A DNA stretch of 64,000 nt from Candidatus Bathyarchaeota archaeon (GTDB lineage: Archaea > Thermoproteota > Bathyarchaeia > Bathyarchaeales > Bathycorpusculaceae), in contig OY970340.1 in the NCBI GenBank assembly GCA_963717465.1, positions 128,001 through 192,000 on the forward strand. The letters are read 5' to 3'. The position numbers and the translations under genes are program-made. Positions 21,240 to 30,546 of this stretch are shown here, piece by piece. A model generated the notes under the pieces. It searched no databases and was not told where the DNA came from. It worked only from the letters and a program-made list of their open reading frames with translations. Each line of letters begins with the position of its first letter. Position 1 is the stretch's first letter.

Positions 21240-22260
21240 CTAAATTGGGTAGGCTCCGCATATTCGGCAGAATTGCACTCGTGTTTTTACGTAACCTTTG
21301 CATTCGGGGCATTGTCTTGCGCCATCAATTGCAATTGGGATATTCTGAGGGTTTTCCGAAGATTTTCCTAAAGTACTTGTAGTAAAATAGTTGTTCTTTA
21401 TCACGGATTTGTACGTCATCTTTTTCGAGAATACGCTTCTTTTCCTCTTTGAATTCTTTGTCGTTAAACTCTTTCGCTAAAACTGTGCTAAGAGCGTCTG
21501 CTCCTGTTCCTTGTTCTATGGGTGCTTTTGCCCGCCAGATAACTTCTTTTGGTATAGCGTCCTCGTAGGATTTGCGTAATAATCCATTTGCTGAATTTTT
21601 CGCCTTCATGTAGGTTTATTTTAACTTTTATCGGCAATTTTTTTGCCCAATCCATGAATAATGGTCCAGATACGGCTGTTTTACATCCATCCCAGTGACT
21701 GTGCCATTGGCGTTGAAGAGAAACTCATTCCAGCCCACATGTTCAATTGTTGCTGTTGAAACTCTTTTTCTGAGAAGTGAAATTGCCAGGGATAACCGAA
21801 TAGCTCGTCTAATCCATCTCCTGTGAAGACTGTTTTTAATCCCTTATTTTTCATGACGTTAAGCCGATATAAATTGGGATGCTGTTTCTTACTTCCATAG
21901 GATCAAATGTCTTTAGAATTTTGATTACTTCGGGAGCGGTTTTTATAGCATCTTCTTTTGTAAAAATGTGAGTTTGATGGGAGAGTTTAAGGAAACTACC
22001 ATTTTCTCAACGAATTTTGTATCTCTTGGGTTTCCTTGTTCAAAAGCTATTGTTAAAGCGGACAGATTCGGCTTGTGCTTCACTGCCTCATAAGCTATGA
22101 CTGAAGTGTCAGTTCCCGCAGAAAATAAGATACCTTCAGCCATATTTTTCAAAACAACTTTCTTTATTAAATCACGTGTTTCAGATATTAAAGGAAGATA
22201 TTTTTCAGCCTCAAGCGCCATTTCGATTCCTCTCTGTCTAAAAGCTTGTTTTGCATCCAC
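21240..22260 (-). CDS. Asparagine synthase-related protein with C-terminal Zn ribbon (several frameshifts)
   Basis: LFSAGTDTS, TFDPMEVRN, TGDGLDELFGY, RAKAPIEQGTG; tail CPEC...CRICGAYPI* ending at 21240. Confidence 0.75.
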
Positions 22261-22425
22261 TATTTAAACTTACTATTTGAAGCATGGAATTCTAGAAAAC
22301 ATGACAAGTGAGGCAAGTAAGGTACTATAAACTGGATAATTGTTGAATATCAGGAATTTCCATCCATGAATACATAAAGCTTCAATTAAAAAATTAGCCA
22401 GAACGGAATTCTAAAGAATAGGGGA

Positions 22426-23337
22426 TTAATATTGGAAAATTTTGTGAATCGGATGTGAGCTATTTAGCAGTTTTGTTCCTAAACCAGAAGTTGCTGTTGC
22501 GATGTAAGTGTCAGTTATGGCGACTGCTGGGAACACCCATTCTGCTTGCTCTGCTGGACCAATCATAAGCCAGTTTGCGCCTGCCGTTTGCATGATAGCG
22601 TTTGTTGCAGTTACACAGCCCTTTCGAAATTCTTTGGCAATTTTCGTTTTGACCCAACTCATTGTTGTAGCAACATTTCCACTTACTAAACCAACGGGAT
22701 GCCCATACTTTTCCTTTATTAGTGACATAGCTCTAACTGCGGTACCCATTTCAGGAGTGAACGCGGGGATAGAAGCGTCAATCAACGGCTTTGTAATTCC
22801 AGCTTTATGAGCTAACGCTAATACTTCATCAATAATCTGCAATTTTCCCTCAGCACTGTTGTCTTGAGGATTATCAGCGATAACGATACACGCTTTTATT
22901 CCAGATTCCTTAAGCACAGCCAATTCCGCCTTATCAATGCCCTTGTAAATCGAGTTGTATATGCATCTATCTTGAAGACCCATTTGCTTAGCAAGCTTTG
23001 CGGCACCTATATGAGCGTCATGACCCACAGCATCAAGCAAGAGTGGTGCATCACTGTGTTTAGCAAGGAAATCCATGTATTTTCCAAAAGCTTCTTCGGT
23101 CGTGCCAAATACATCAAAGGCAAATTTGACCCCAGTTAGGTCACTTTGAGTTTGTACTCTGTTGATTATTTTTTCTGCCTCATTCTTATCAAAGATGCCT
23201 TTATCGACATCTTGAACAATTTTTTGAGTAAGCCAAAAGATTGAGCACATCAAAAAAGTGGGTAACTCGCCAGGCTGACCGCCGACTTTTACTCCACCTA
23301 TCTCGTAAATATTTTGTTTAGTTTTAAACTTAAACAT
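22426..23337 (-). CDS. mtrH: MtrH/MtgA-family corrinoid:pterin methyltransferase
   Basis: MFKFKTKQNIYEIGGVKVGGQPGELPT, IYNSI, KPLID, GANWLMIGP. Confidence 0.88.
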   Translation of the reverse strand: MFKFKTKQNIYEIGGVKVGGQPGELPTFLMCSIFWLTQKIVQDVDKGIFDKNEAEKIINRVQTQSDLTGVKFAFDVFGTTEEAFGKYMDFLAKHSDAPLLLDAVGHDAHIGAAKLAKQMGLQDRCIYNSIYKGIDKAELAVLKESGIKACIVIADNPQDNSAEGKLQIIDEVLALAHKAGITKPLIDASIPAFTPEMGTAVRAMSLIKEKYGHPVGLVSGNVATTMSWVKTKIAKEFRKGCVTATNAIMQTAGANWLMIGPAEQAEWVFPAVAITDTYIATATSGLGTKLLNSSHPIHKIFQY

Positions 23338-23781
23338 TTAACTTTCACTAGTTATTTTTTTATTTATCGCTTTTTTAGCAATTTTAACGGCTTCATCTTT
23401 GTCTTTACCAAAGAATGCACCGAATTTGTCAGCATCTTCTTTTTTAACCGCAGCACCGCCGATAATGATAGTTAATTTGTCTGTCAATTTGGTTACTTTT
23501 AATGTTTCCGCTATCATCTGCAAATTATTCTTCGCCGCCAGCGTATTTATTGAAAGCACAAGCAGGTTTGCCCTATTTTCTTTTACTTTATCAATAAAAA
23601 CTTTTGGGGCAACATTTTTTCCGACGTCAATAGTCTTAAAACCAGCGCGTTTTAATGATCGACGAACCGTTTCTTTCGGGGCATCATGCATGTCAGGTTC
23701 TAGATTTCCTATAACTAAAACTCCGAGAGGGTTTTTTGGCTCAGGCGGTTCTTTTTCCATCACAGACTTAAGCCATGACAT
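23338..23781 (-). CDS. Stand-alone cobalamin-binding domain protein
   Basis: VIGNLEPDMHDAPK, IDVGKNV, IIIGGAAV; no cap domain; abuts mtrH. Confidence 0.8.
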   Translation of the reverse strand: MSWLKSVMEKEPPEPKNPLGVLVIGNLEPDMHDAPKETVRRSLKRAGFKTIDVGKNVAPKVFIDKVKENRANLLVLSINTLAAKNNLQMIAETLKVTKLTDKLTIIIGGAAVKKEDADKFGAFFGKDKDEAVKIAKKAINKKITSES

Positions 23782-24083
23782 TCAACATTAACCTTTTTGA
23801 GTTTTTCTTTTTCTATTTTGCAGTATAAAAGGCAATATGTGATAACTTATATGGCTTTTCACAAGAATTGAGTGTTTTATCATTCAAATAATGTATTATC
23901 GCTTAATTTCTTTGTTATCAAATCATTGTAACGGTTTCCAGTTTGTTCGGAAATCAAACAATTTCCATGAATGTTCTTGTCACTCGTTTTTGTTGGGTAA
24001 CTTCATATTTTTATCGATTTTAGTTTTTGACCTGAAATTTCATAGAAAAATTAATTTTCTTAAAAAAATTATTAAATTAAGGG

Positions 24084-24677
24084 ATGCAATACAATTTGGC
24101 TAAAGAGTCTGTTTTAACTGTTTTTACAATTGGGCATTCTACCCGAACGCTTGAGGAGTTCACGGGTTTGCTCAAGGTATACGGTGTTTCCTTAGTTGTA
24201 GATGTCCGAACGGTTCCCCATAGCCGTTACAACCCACAGTTTAACAAAGAAAACTTGCCAAGCGCACTCAAACCAATCGGCATAAAATACATTCATATGC
24301 CAGAAATCGGCGGATTACGCAGACCAAAACGAGACTCAATAAACATCGCATGGAAGAACAGCAGCTTTAGAGGTTACGCGGACTTTATGCAGACAAAAGA
24401 ATTCACCGATAACCTGCTGAAGCTAATCACTCTTGCTCGCGAAAATTGCCTTGCAATCATGTGCGCTGAAGCTGTGCCTTGGCGATGCCACCGAAATCTG
24501 CTCTCTGATGCGTTGGTTGTTCGGCATGTGAAGGTGATGCATATTTTAAATGCAAATAGTTGCGTTAGCCACGAATTGAATGAGACTGCTCATGTTGAGG
24601 GAAACATGGTAACTTATCCATTGTTCAACAAAGAAACACCTCAGAGAACACTCGGCGATTTTGGGTCAAACGTTTAA
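24084..24677 (+). CDS. DUF488 family protein
   Basis: TIGHSTR, VDVRTVP.SR, MCAEAVPWRCHR. Confidence 0.92.
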   Translation: MQYNLAKESVLTVFTIGHSTRTLEEFTGLLKVYGVSLVVDVRTVPHSRYNPQFNKENLPSALKPIGIKYIHMPEIGGLRRPKRDSINIAWKNSSFRGYADFMQTKEFTDNLLKLITLARENCLAIMCAEAVPWRCHRNLLSDALVVRHVKVMHILNANSCVSHELNETAHVEGNMVTYPLFNKETPQRTLGDFGSNV

Positions 24678-26044
24678 AGTTGTGATTCTGAAATTTTCTG
24701 CAGTTTTGCGATGAAAAAACCATTGCATTGATCAATATGTGGGTATAATCTTCGGCATTTTGTTAGGTCATGCATGCCAGCTGAACCAAGTTGTGGCTTA
24801 ATTTCCGTCAGAGCGAATTCCGGATGCGAATTCAAAAATTTTTCAATTATCAACTCATTCTCCTCTAAGGTTATGCTGCATGTAGAATAAGTTAAAGCGC
24901 CTCCCAACTTCACTTTTTCAGCACAATTGTTGATCATTTGCCACTGAATTGCTGCCATTCTCTGGATAGACGCAGGTTTAATTCGCCATTTAGCTGAAGG
25001 CTGCTTGGCAAAGACACCTGTACTCGTGCATGGAGGATCTAAGACTACTAAATCTGCTTCACAATTGATCGGCAAAGAAGCACAAGCATTCGCGATCAAA
25101 GGTTCTGCAATATTTACTCCCATTAATTCTACTTGTTGTTTCCAGACTTTTATTCGTCGAGATGAAAAATCAACTGAATATATTTCTCCGTTGTTTTGCA
25201 TGAGTTGAGCGAGATAAGTGGTTTTTGCGCCTGGAGCTGCACAGACATCAAATACGGTGCTGCCAATTTTCGGGTCGGCAGCTTCAGCTGCAAAACAGCT
25301 CGCTTTATCCTGAACATAAAACAGTCCATCCTTGAAACTGTGCAACGAGTTTAATGGATGCTTTATGTTTGGCAAGCTATAGGTATATTTTAACGGTTCA
25401 ATTTTTATCGGTTGCAAGCCTTCTTCGCCGAGCCTGTGCAGGGTCTCCTCTTCAGAAGCCTTCAGAGTGTTCAGTCGAATGTAAGTTGGCGGTGGAGTTA
25501 CACTTCCCTTAAGAAAGGCTAATGCTTCGTCGTGTCCGAAAAGGTTGAAGCAATAGCTAACGAACCAAGATGGATGAAAAGTTTGAACACTAACTTTTTC
25601 CTCATCGCTTACTCCGTTTAAGATCGTTTCCAATTGTCGCGTCAGCAAAACGCCCAGTACAGGCTCCACTTCGATCAGGGTTTTCCAGCCTAATATTGAC
25701 CTGCCAAGACCTGCAATGCTCTTCGCTTCATCGAGGTTAATTTTGCCCCAATTTTTTTCCACGCGTGTTTGGTAAACATAAAGCCTCAGAAAAGATTGAA
25801 CCCCAAGGTTAAATTCCACTATTTTTTTGGGCGCAATTACCGAGTTAACAAATTTATCTATGAGATTTTTGCGTCTTGTAGTTTCAACCACTAAACCGAA
25901 AGCATAACGAATTGAGTCAGGACTGCTTATGTTCAACTGTTTTGTTGTCCTTACTAAGGCTAAGCGTTCACTTAGTCTTTGTTTTTCCATCCAGCTTAAT
26001 GTTTCAATGGCAACGGTCCAAGCATCTTTTAACAAATTATTCAC
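24674..26044 (-). CDS. RsmB/NOP2/Sun RNA m5C methyltransferase
   Basis: QDKAS, DVCAAPGAKT, LDPPCTSTG, YSTCS. Confidence 0.93.
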   Translation of the reverse strand: MNNLLKDAWTVAIETLSWMEKQRLSERLALVRTTKQLNISSPDSIRYAFGLVVETTRRKNLIDKFVNSVIAPKKIVEFNLGVQSFLRLYVYQTRVEKNWGKINLDEAKSIAGLGRSILGWKTLIEVEPVLGVLLTRQLETILNGVSDEEKVSVQTFHPSWFVSYCFNLFGHDEALAFLKGSVTPPPTYIRLNTLKASEEETLHRLGEEGLQPIKIEPLKYTYSLPNIKHPLNSLHSFKDGLFYVQDKASCFAAEAADPKIGSTVFDVCAAPGAKTTYLAQLMQNNGEIYSVDFSSRRIKVWKQQVELMGVNIAEPLIANACASLPINCEADLVVLDPPCTSTGVFAKQPSAKWRIKPASIQRMAAIQWQMINNCAEKVKLGGALTYSTCSITLEENELIIEKFLNSHPEFALTEIKPQLGSAGMHDLTKCRRLYPHIDQCNGFFIAKLQKISESQL

Positions 26045-26224
26045 AGCCTAAATGATTATCAGGGTTCTAAATAAGAATTAGAGTAAATAAAGCTGAAATT
26101 AAGAATAAATCATCATTTTTAGCCGACCTTATTTGACTAATTTTTGCCTTGAATCTTTTATCATCTGGCAAGCAAAGATTTTAGTGTCGTTGCACCATAG
26201 AAATGCCAAGGTAAAGAAGGGAAA

Positions 26225-28936
26225 ATGGCTCAGCAAAAGTTAGACGCTTATTACAAAACGACAGATAAGCCTGTAAAGAACACGGAAACCGTGACGAAGG
26301 CATCAGCTTCACAAGTTCAAGCAACAAGTATTCCAGTTGAGAAAAGGAAAGAAAAGAAACGCCGAAATTTTCCTCTTGTTGCGCCTAAAAATCTTCCGCC
26401 GTCATATTTTGTTTCAGCATCCTATGATGGGCGCCAAAAAAAAGCAGTAGTGAAACTGTATGAACCTGAGTCAGGTCAAATATTTTTCTGGTATGATAAC
26501 ACTGGTCACAAACCTTACTGCTTAACTAACTTGTCACCGTATGATCTGGAGAAAATTGACCGTTTAGTTAATCATGAGGGTTTTGATAGCCTTGAACTTA
26601 TTGAAAAGTTTAATCCATTAATCAACGAGCAAGTTAAAGTTACAAGAATACTGGCAAAGGATCCTTTAGCTATCGGCGGACGACCAGGAGGCACGATCAG
26701 AGATATTATTCCGCAAGATTTTCCAGAAGTTGCTGACGGCAAAATTGAGCCTGAAGAAATTAAGATTTGGGAATCCAAAATCAAGTATTACCAGTCTTAT
26801 ATTTATGACCGACAGCTTTTGCCAGGCATGATTTATGAAGTGAAAGATGATAAGCTTGTACTCAAGATTGTTGATGATGCGGAAAAGTCTCTTAACCAGA
26901 TAAGATCAATTTTCACTGATGCCACAGAAGAAGAACGGGAATACTTGGAAGCGTGGGCTAGACTGCTTGAGTACCCAGCGCCAAAGTTTCGAAGAGCAGC
27001 TGTAGACATTGAGGTTTATGCGCCTGTTGCAACAAGAGTTCCTGATCCTCGTGAAGCTGTCTATCCAGTGATAGCTACTTCCGTTTATAGTTCAGATGGC
27101 GAAAAAAAAGTTCTGATATTGAGACGCGAAGGCGTTAGAGAAGGCAATCAACATTTAGCAGCTGACATCACATTGGAATACTGCGACACGGAAGAGGAAT
27201 TACTAAAAAAAGTCTTCGAAGTTCTCAACGATTACCCATTCATCTTAACATTCAATGGAGACGACTTTGACCTACGCTACCTTACGCATCGCGCCTTAAA
27301 CTTGGGCTTAAACAGGAATGAGGTTCCAATAGAGGTTGGCAAACGAGTATGCCTCTTAAAATACGGGGTACACATTGACCTCTACAAATTCTTCTTCAAT
27401 AGGTCAATTCAAATCTACGCTTTCAACAATCGCTACCGAGATGTTACACTAGGCGACGTGGGAAACGCGCTTATTGGATTAGAAAAAATTCATTTGGAAA
27501 AAAACTTCGGAGACCTAAACTACTCTGAGCTTGCGCAGTACTGCCTGAGAGATTCAGAAATCACTTACAAACTAACCAGCTTTGACGATGACTCCGCAAT
27601 GAAGCTCATTTTAGTATTAGCTAGAATAAGCAGCATGCCGATGGAAGACGTTAGCCGCCAAGGCGTATCTCGATGGATCCGTAATTTTATGCATCGAGAA
27701 CACAGAAAAAGAAATTATTTAATTCCTAACGCTCAAGACATTCTTACAGCAAAAGGCAAAACCGCCACTATCGCTATTATTAAAGGGAAAAAGTACAAGG
27801 GTGCCATCGTAGTCGAGCCGACTCCTGGAGTGCATTTTAACGTTGCCGTCATGGATTTTCCAAGCCTATATCCATCGATAATTAAAGTTTGGAACCTTGG
27901 TTACCAGTCAATACTTTGCAATCACCCTGAATGCAGAAAACACGTTATACCTGATACACCTCACTGGGTATGCGTCAAAAAGAGAGCACTAGAAAGCCTG
28001 CTTATCGGTTCATTGAGAGATTTGCGTGTCCGCTGGTACAAGCAACGCTCAAAAGATAAGACATTGCCACCTGAATTGAGAAGCTGGTACAACATTACTC
28101 AAGGAGCACTAAAAGTTATTTTAAACGCGAGTTACGGAGTTTTCGGCGCTGACAGTTTTGACTTGTATTGTCCACCAGTTGCGGAAGCAACAGCAGCCAT
28201 CGGCAGGTACTCTATAACTCAAATACTTAAACACGCAGAAACATTAGGCATCCAAGTGCTATATGGCGACACAGATAGCTTGTTTTTGAAAAACCCTTCT
28301 AAAGAGCAAATTGACGCGTTAATCCGTTATACGGAACACGAATTGAATATGGGCATCGACATGGATAAGAACTACAGGTACGCAGTTTTCAGTTCCCGCA
28401 AAAAAAATTATCTGGGCGTACTTGAAGATGGCACTGTTGACGTGAAAGGTTTAACGGGAAAGAAAAAACACATTCCAATATTCATAAAGAACGCTTTCAA
28501 CAATATGAAAGAGCGCTTAGCAAAAGTTAAGAGCCCAACGGATTTTGAAAAGGCAAAAAAAGACATCGCTGACATAGTTCGCGACCGCTACACGAAGCTT
28601 AAGAGAAGAGAGTGGGACAACATCAGCGAACTTGCATTTCATGTGGTCTTAGGAGAAGAACTCGTGCATTATACCAAAACAACGCCCCAGCACGTTAAGG
28701 CAGCGAGAATTCTGCAGCAAAACGGAGTTGAACTAAAAGCAGGCGATTTGATTAGCTTCGTTAAGGTCATAAGGGAGCCACGTGTGAAACCTGTTGAGTT
28801 AACTTCAAAAAATGAGGTTGATGTGGACAAGTATATTGATTACTTGCATTCCACTTTTGATCAGGTTCTTGACGCTTTAGGCTTAAGTTTCGACGAGATT
28901 ATTGGCTTAACAAAGCTTGAAAGATTCCTTGCTTAG
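26225..28936 (+). CDS. polB1: Family B DNA polymerase (PolB1 type)
   Basis: DIEV, FNGDDFD, DFPSLYPSII, KVILNASYGVFG, YGDTDS; N-terminal DNTGHKPY. Confidence 0.95.
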   Translation: MAQQKLDAYYKTTDKPVKNTETVTKASASQVQATSIPVEKRKEKKRRNFPLVAPKNLPPSYFVSASYDGRQKKAVVKLYEPESGQIFFWYDNTGHKPYCLTNLSPYDLEKIDRLVNHEGFDSLELIEKFNPLINEQVKVTRILAKDPLAIGGRPGGTIRDIIPQDFPEVADGKIEPEEIKIWESKIKYYQSYIYDRQLLPGMIYEVKDDKLVLKIVDDAEKSLNQIRSIFTDATEEEREYLEAWARLLEYPAPKFRRAAVDIEVYAPVATRVPDPREAVYPVIATSVYSSDGEKKVLILRREGVREGNQHLAADITLEYCDTEEELLKKVFEVLNDYPFILTFNGDDFDLRYLTHRALNLGLNRNEVPIEVGKRVCLLKYGVHIDLYKFFFNRSIQIYAFNNRYRDVTLGDVGNALIGLEKIHLEKNFGDLNYSELAQYCLRDSEITYKLTSFDDDSAMKLILVLARISSMPMEDVSRQGVSRWIRNFMHREHRKRNYLIPNAQDILTAKGKTATIAIIKGKKYKGAIVVEPTPGVHFNVAVMDFPSLYPSIIKVWNLGYQSILCNHPECRKHVIPDTPHWVCVKKRALESLLIGSLRDLRVRWYKQRSKDKTLPPELRSWYNITQGALKVILNASYGVFGADSFDLYCPPVAEATAAIGRYSITQILKHAETLGIQVLYGDTDSLFLKNPSKEQIDALIRYTEHELNMGIDMDKNYRYAVFSSRKKNYLGVLEDGTVDVKGLTGKKKHIPIFIKNAFNNMKERLAKVKSPTDFEKAKKDIADIVRDRYTKLKRREWDNISELAFHVVLGEELVHYTKTTPQHVKAARILQQNGVELKAGDLISFVKVIREPRVKPVELTSKNEVDVDKYIDYLHSTFDQVLDALGLSFDEIIGLTKLERFLA

Positions 28937-29485
28937 TCATTTTTGTTCCAAAACTTTTAGTCCACGAGACTTTAAGGGTCCTACAACATTTGGTCGGCTG
29001 AGAGTTGAAAGCAGAATGTATCCTAATACGCCTACAGTGATTAAGCTGCTTATCGTTATGCTGGTTATGCTTGCTAACCAAATGGGCAAAACTCCTAAAA
29101 CATTAGGTGGAGGAAAGAACAGCCAAAGATAACCACCAACAATAAATCCAATGGGCAAAGCACCGATGATGCAGGCTGGTAAGCGATATCTTCTCAGGAG
29201 CATAATAAGACATGCAGCGACCAGATTAGCAATCGGACCCAAAATCACATCCGTTGGGTTTACGTAGAAGTAAGCGTTTGTCAAAAGGCAGCCAACAGTG
29301 ACTCCACCAACTACAGGCCAACCGAAAAGTGCTGCTAAAGGAATAAGGGCATCAGCGATTCGCAATTGAATTGGACCAAAAGTAATAATAGGACTTCCTG
29401 AGACGAAGGATTCTAAAATGTTTATGACAACGTAGAGCGCAGTGAAAACGGCTGTCAGGGTTAAGTCTCGACTATTGAAATTCAC
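28937..29485 (-). CDS. queT: QueT family transporter (queuosine/archaeosine precursor uptake)
   Basis: AVFTALYVV, ITFGPIQLRIADAL, GVTVGCLLTN, DVILG; true start GTG at 29485 with GGAGGTG SD at 29491-29497. Confidence 0.88.
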   Translation of the reverse strand: MNFNSRDLTLTAVFTALYVVINILESFVSGSPIITFGPIQLRIADALIPLAALFGWPVVGGVTVGCLLTNAYFYVNPTDVILGPIANLVAACLIMLLRRYRLPACIIGALPIGFIVGGYLWLFFPPPNVLGVLPIWLASITSITISSLITVGVLGYILLSTLSRPNVVGPLKSRGLKVLEQK

Positions 29486-29557
29486 TTTTACACCTCCTAC
29501 ACCGGGGTTTCTTTTCATGGCGGAACGGGTGGAGGCACCACCTACCCGCCAATTGAC
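29486..29557 (-). promoter_or_regulatory. Structured 5' leader of queT, riboswitch candidate
   Basis: GC-rich ~70-nt leader between TATA (29577-29584) and the SD, with alternative helices and an internal anti-SD GUGCCUCC. Confidence 0.6.
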
Positions 29558-29626
29558 GATTCACATGTAAAACAGGTTATTAAACGTTCCAACTTAAAAC
29601 ACGAAAAAAGGGGCATGTGAAATGAA

Positions 29627-30520
29627 TCATAACAGCGCAAACAGAAGGGCTAATAAAGTGAAAACCAAGAAGATTAAAGCGACAATTGCGACGGCTCTGC
29701 GCTCAGTCATTGGATGCTTGTAAGTTATTAAAGTCATTAAGCTGCGTACATGATTGGAAACAAGTTTTTCTCCGTCGAATGCCACTTGTGCTTTTTTCCT
29801 GACAAAGAAGACTGTTGCAAGAATCAATATGGAATTGAAGACGTAGGGCAAGATGGAGATTATCATGAAAGATTTTAGATCTGCAATTACCGCGAATGAG
29901 GCTATTGTCATGCCAATGGCAAAGGAGCCAGAGTTTCCGACAAATATTTTGCCCTGAAAGTTAAAGCCTGTAAGTATTAACCATACTATCAAGGGTCCTG
30001 TTAAGAGATAAACGTATGAGTTTGATAGCGCCATCAATCCAAGAAGCACTATTGCCGAACAGATCGTTTCGAGACCATTAAAACCGCCGAGCATGTTAAC
30101 CGTGTTGGTTACTATCATGACGATCAACGGTATGATTATGAAGATGTACACGGAGCCAAATTGTATGGATCCAAAATAGGGCAGTGAGATGGATGTTCGA
30201 ATAGCGCTGTTTTGCACGCCTTCATAGGCATAGTACATTAAGGGTAGTGCGGCAATCAGTGGCATGAAGGCCTTGTAGCGCCATTTCAGATCCATCCAAT
30301 CGTCTAAGAGACCCATGAAACCACCGAAAAGTATGCATACAGCCAGCGTTAATGAGGCTGAGACCCCGTTTATTGATGTGTCGATGCCTAGCCTGAAGAT
30401 TTTGCTAAGAAAATAAATTACGAAAAGGTAAATGGTGGTTATTAAGATGTAAATTACACCGTAACCATTTGGAACTAAAGGTTGCCCAGGTTTATGTTGA
30501 TCTGGAACCTTTGGAAACAT
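29627..30520 (-). CDS. MraY/GPT family polyprenyl-phosphate GlcNAc-1-P transferase (AglH-like)
   Basis: GLLDDW, TNTVNMLGGFNGLE, IFVGNSGS; multi-TM; follows aglB. Confidence 0.85.
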   Translation of the reverse strand: MFPKVPDQHKPGQPLVPNGYGVIYILITTIYLFVIYFLSKIFRLGIDTSINGVSASLTLAVCILFGGFMGLLDDWMDLKWRYKAFMPLIAALPLMYYAYEGVQNSAIRTSISLPYFGSIQFGSVYIFIIIPLIVMIVTNTVNMLGGFNGLETICSAIVLLGLMALSNSYVYLLTGPLIVWLILTGFNFQGKIFVGNSGSFAIGMTIASFAVIADLKSFMIISILPYVFNSILILATVFFVRKKAQVAFDGEKLVSNHVRSLMTLITYKHPMTERRAVAIVALIFLVFTLLALLFALL

Positions 30521-30546
30521 GACGTTCGCGTCCTAACTTTCTTGAA

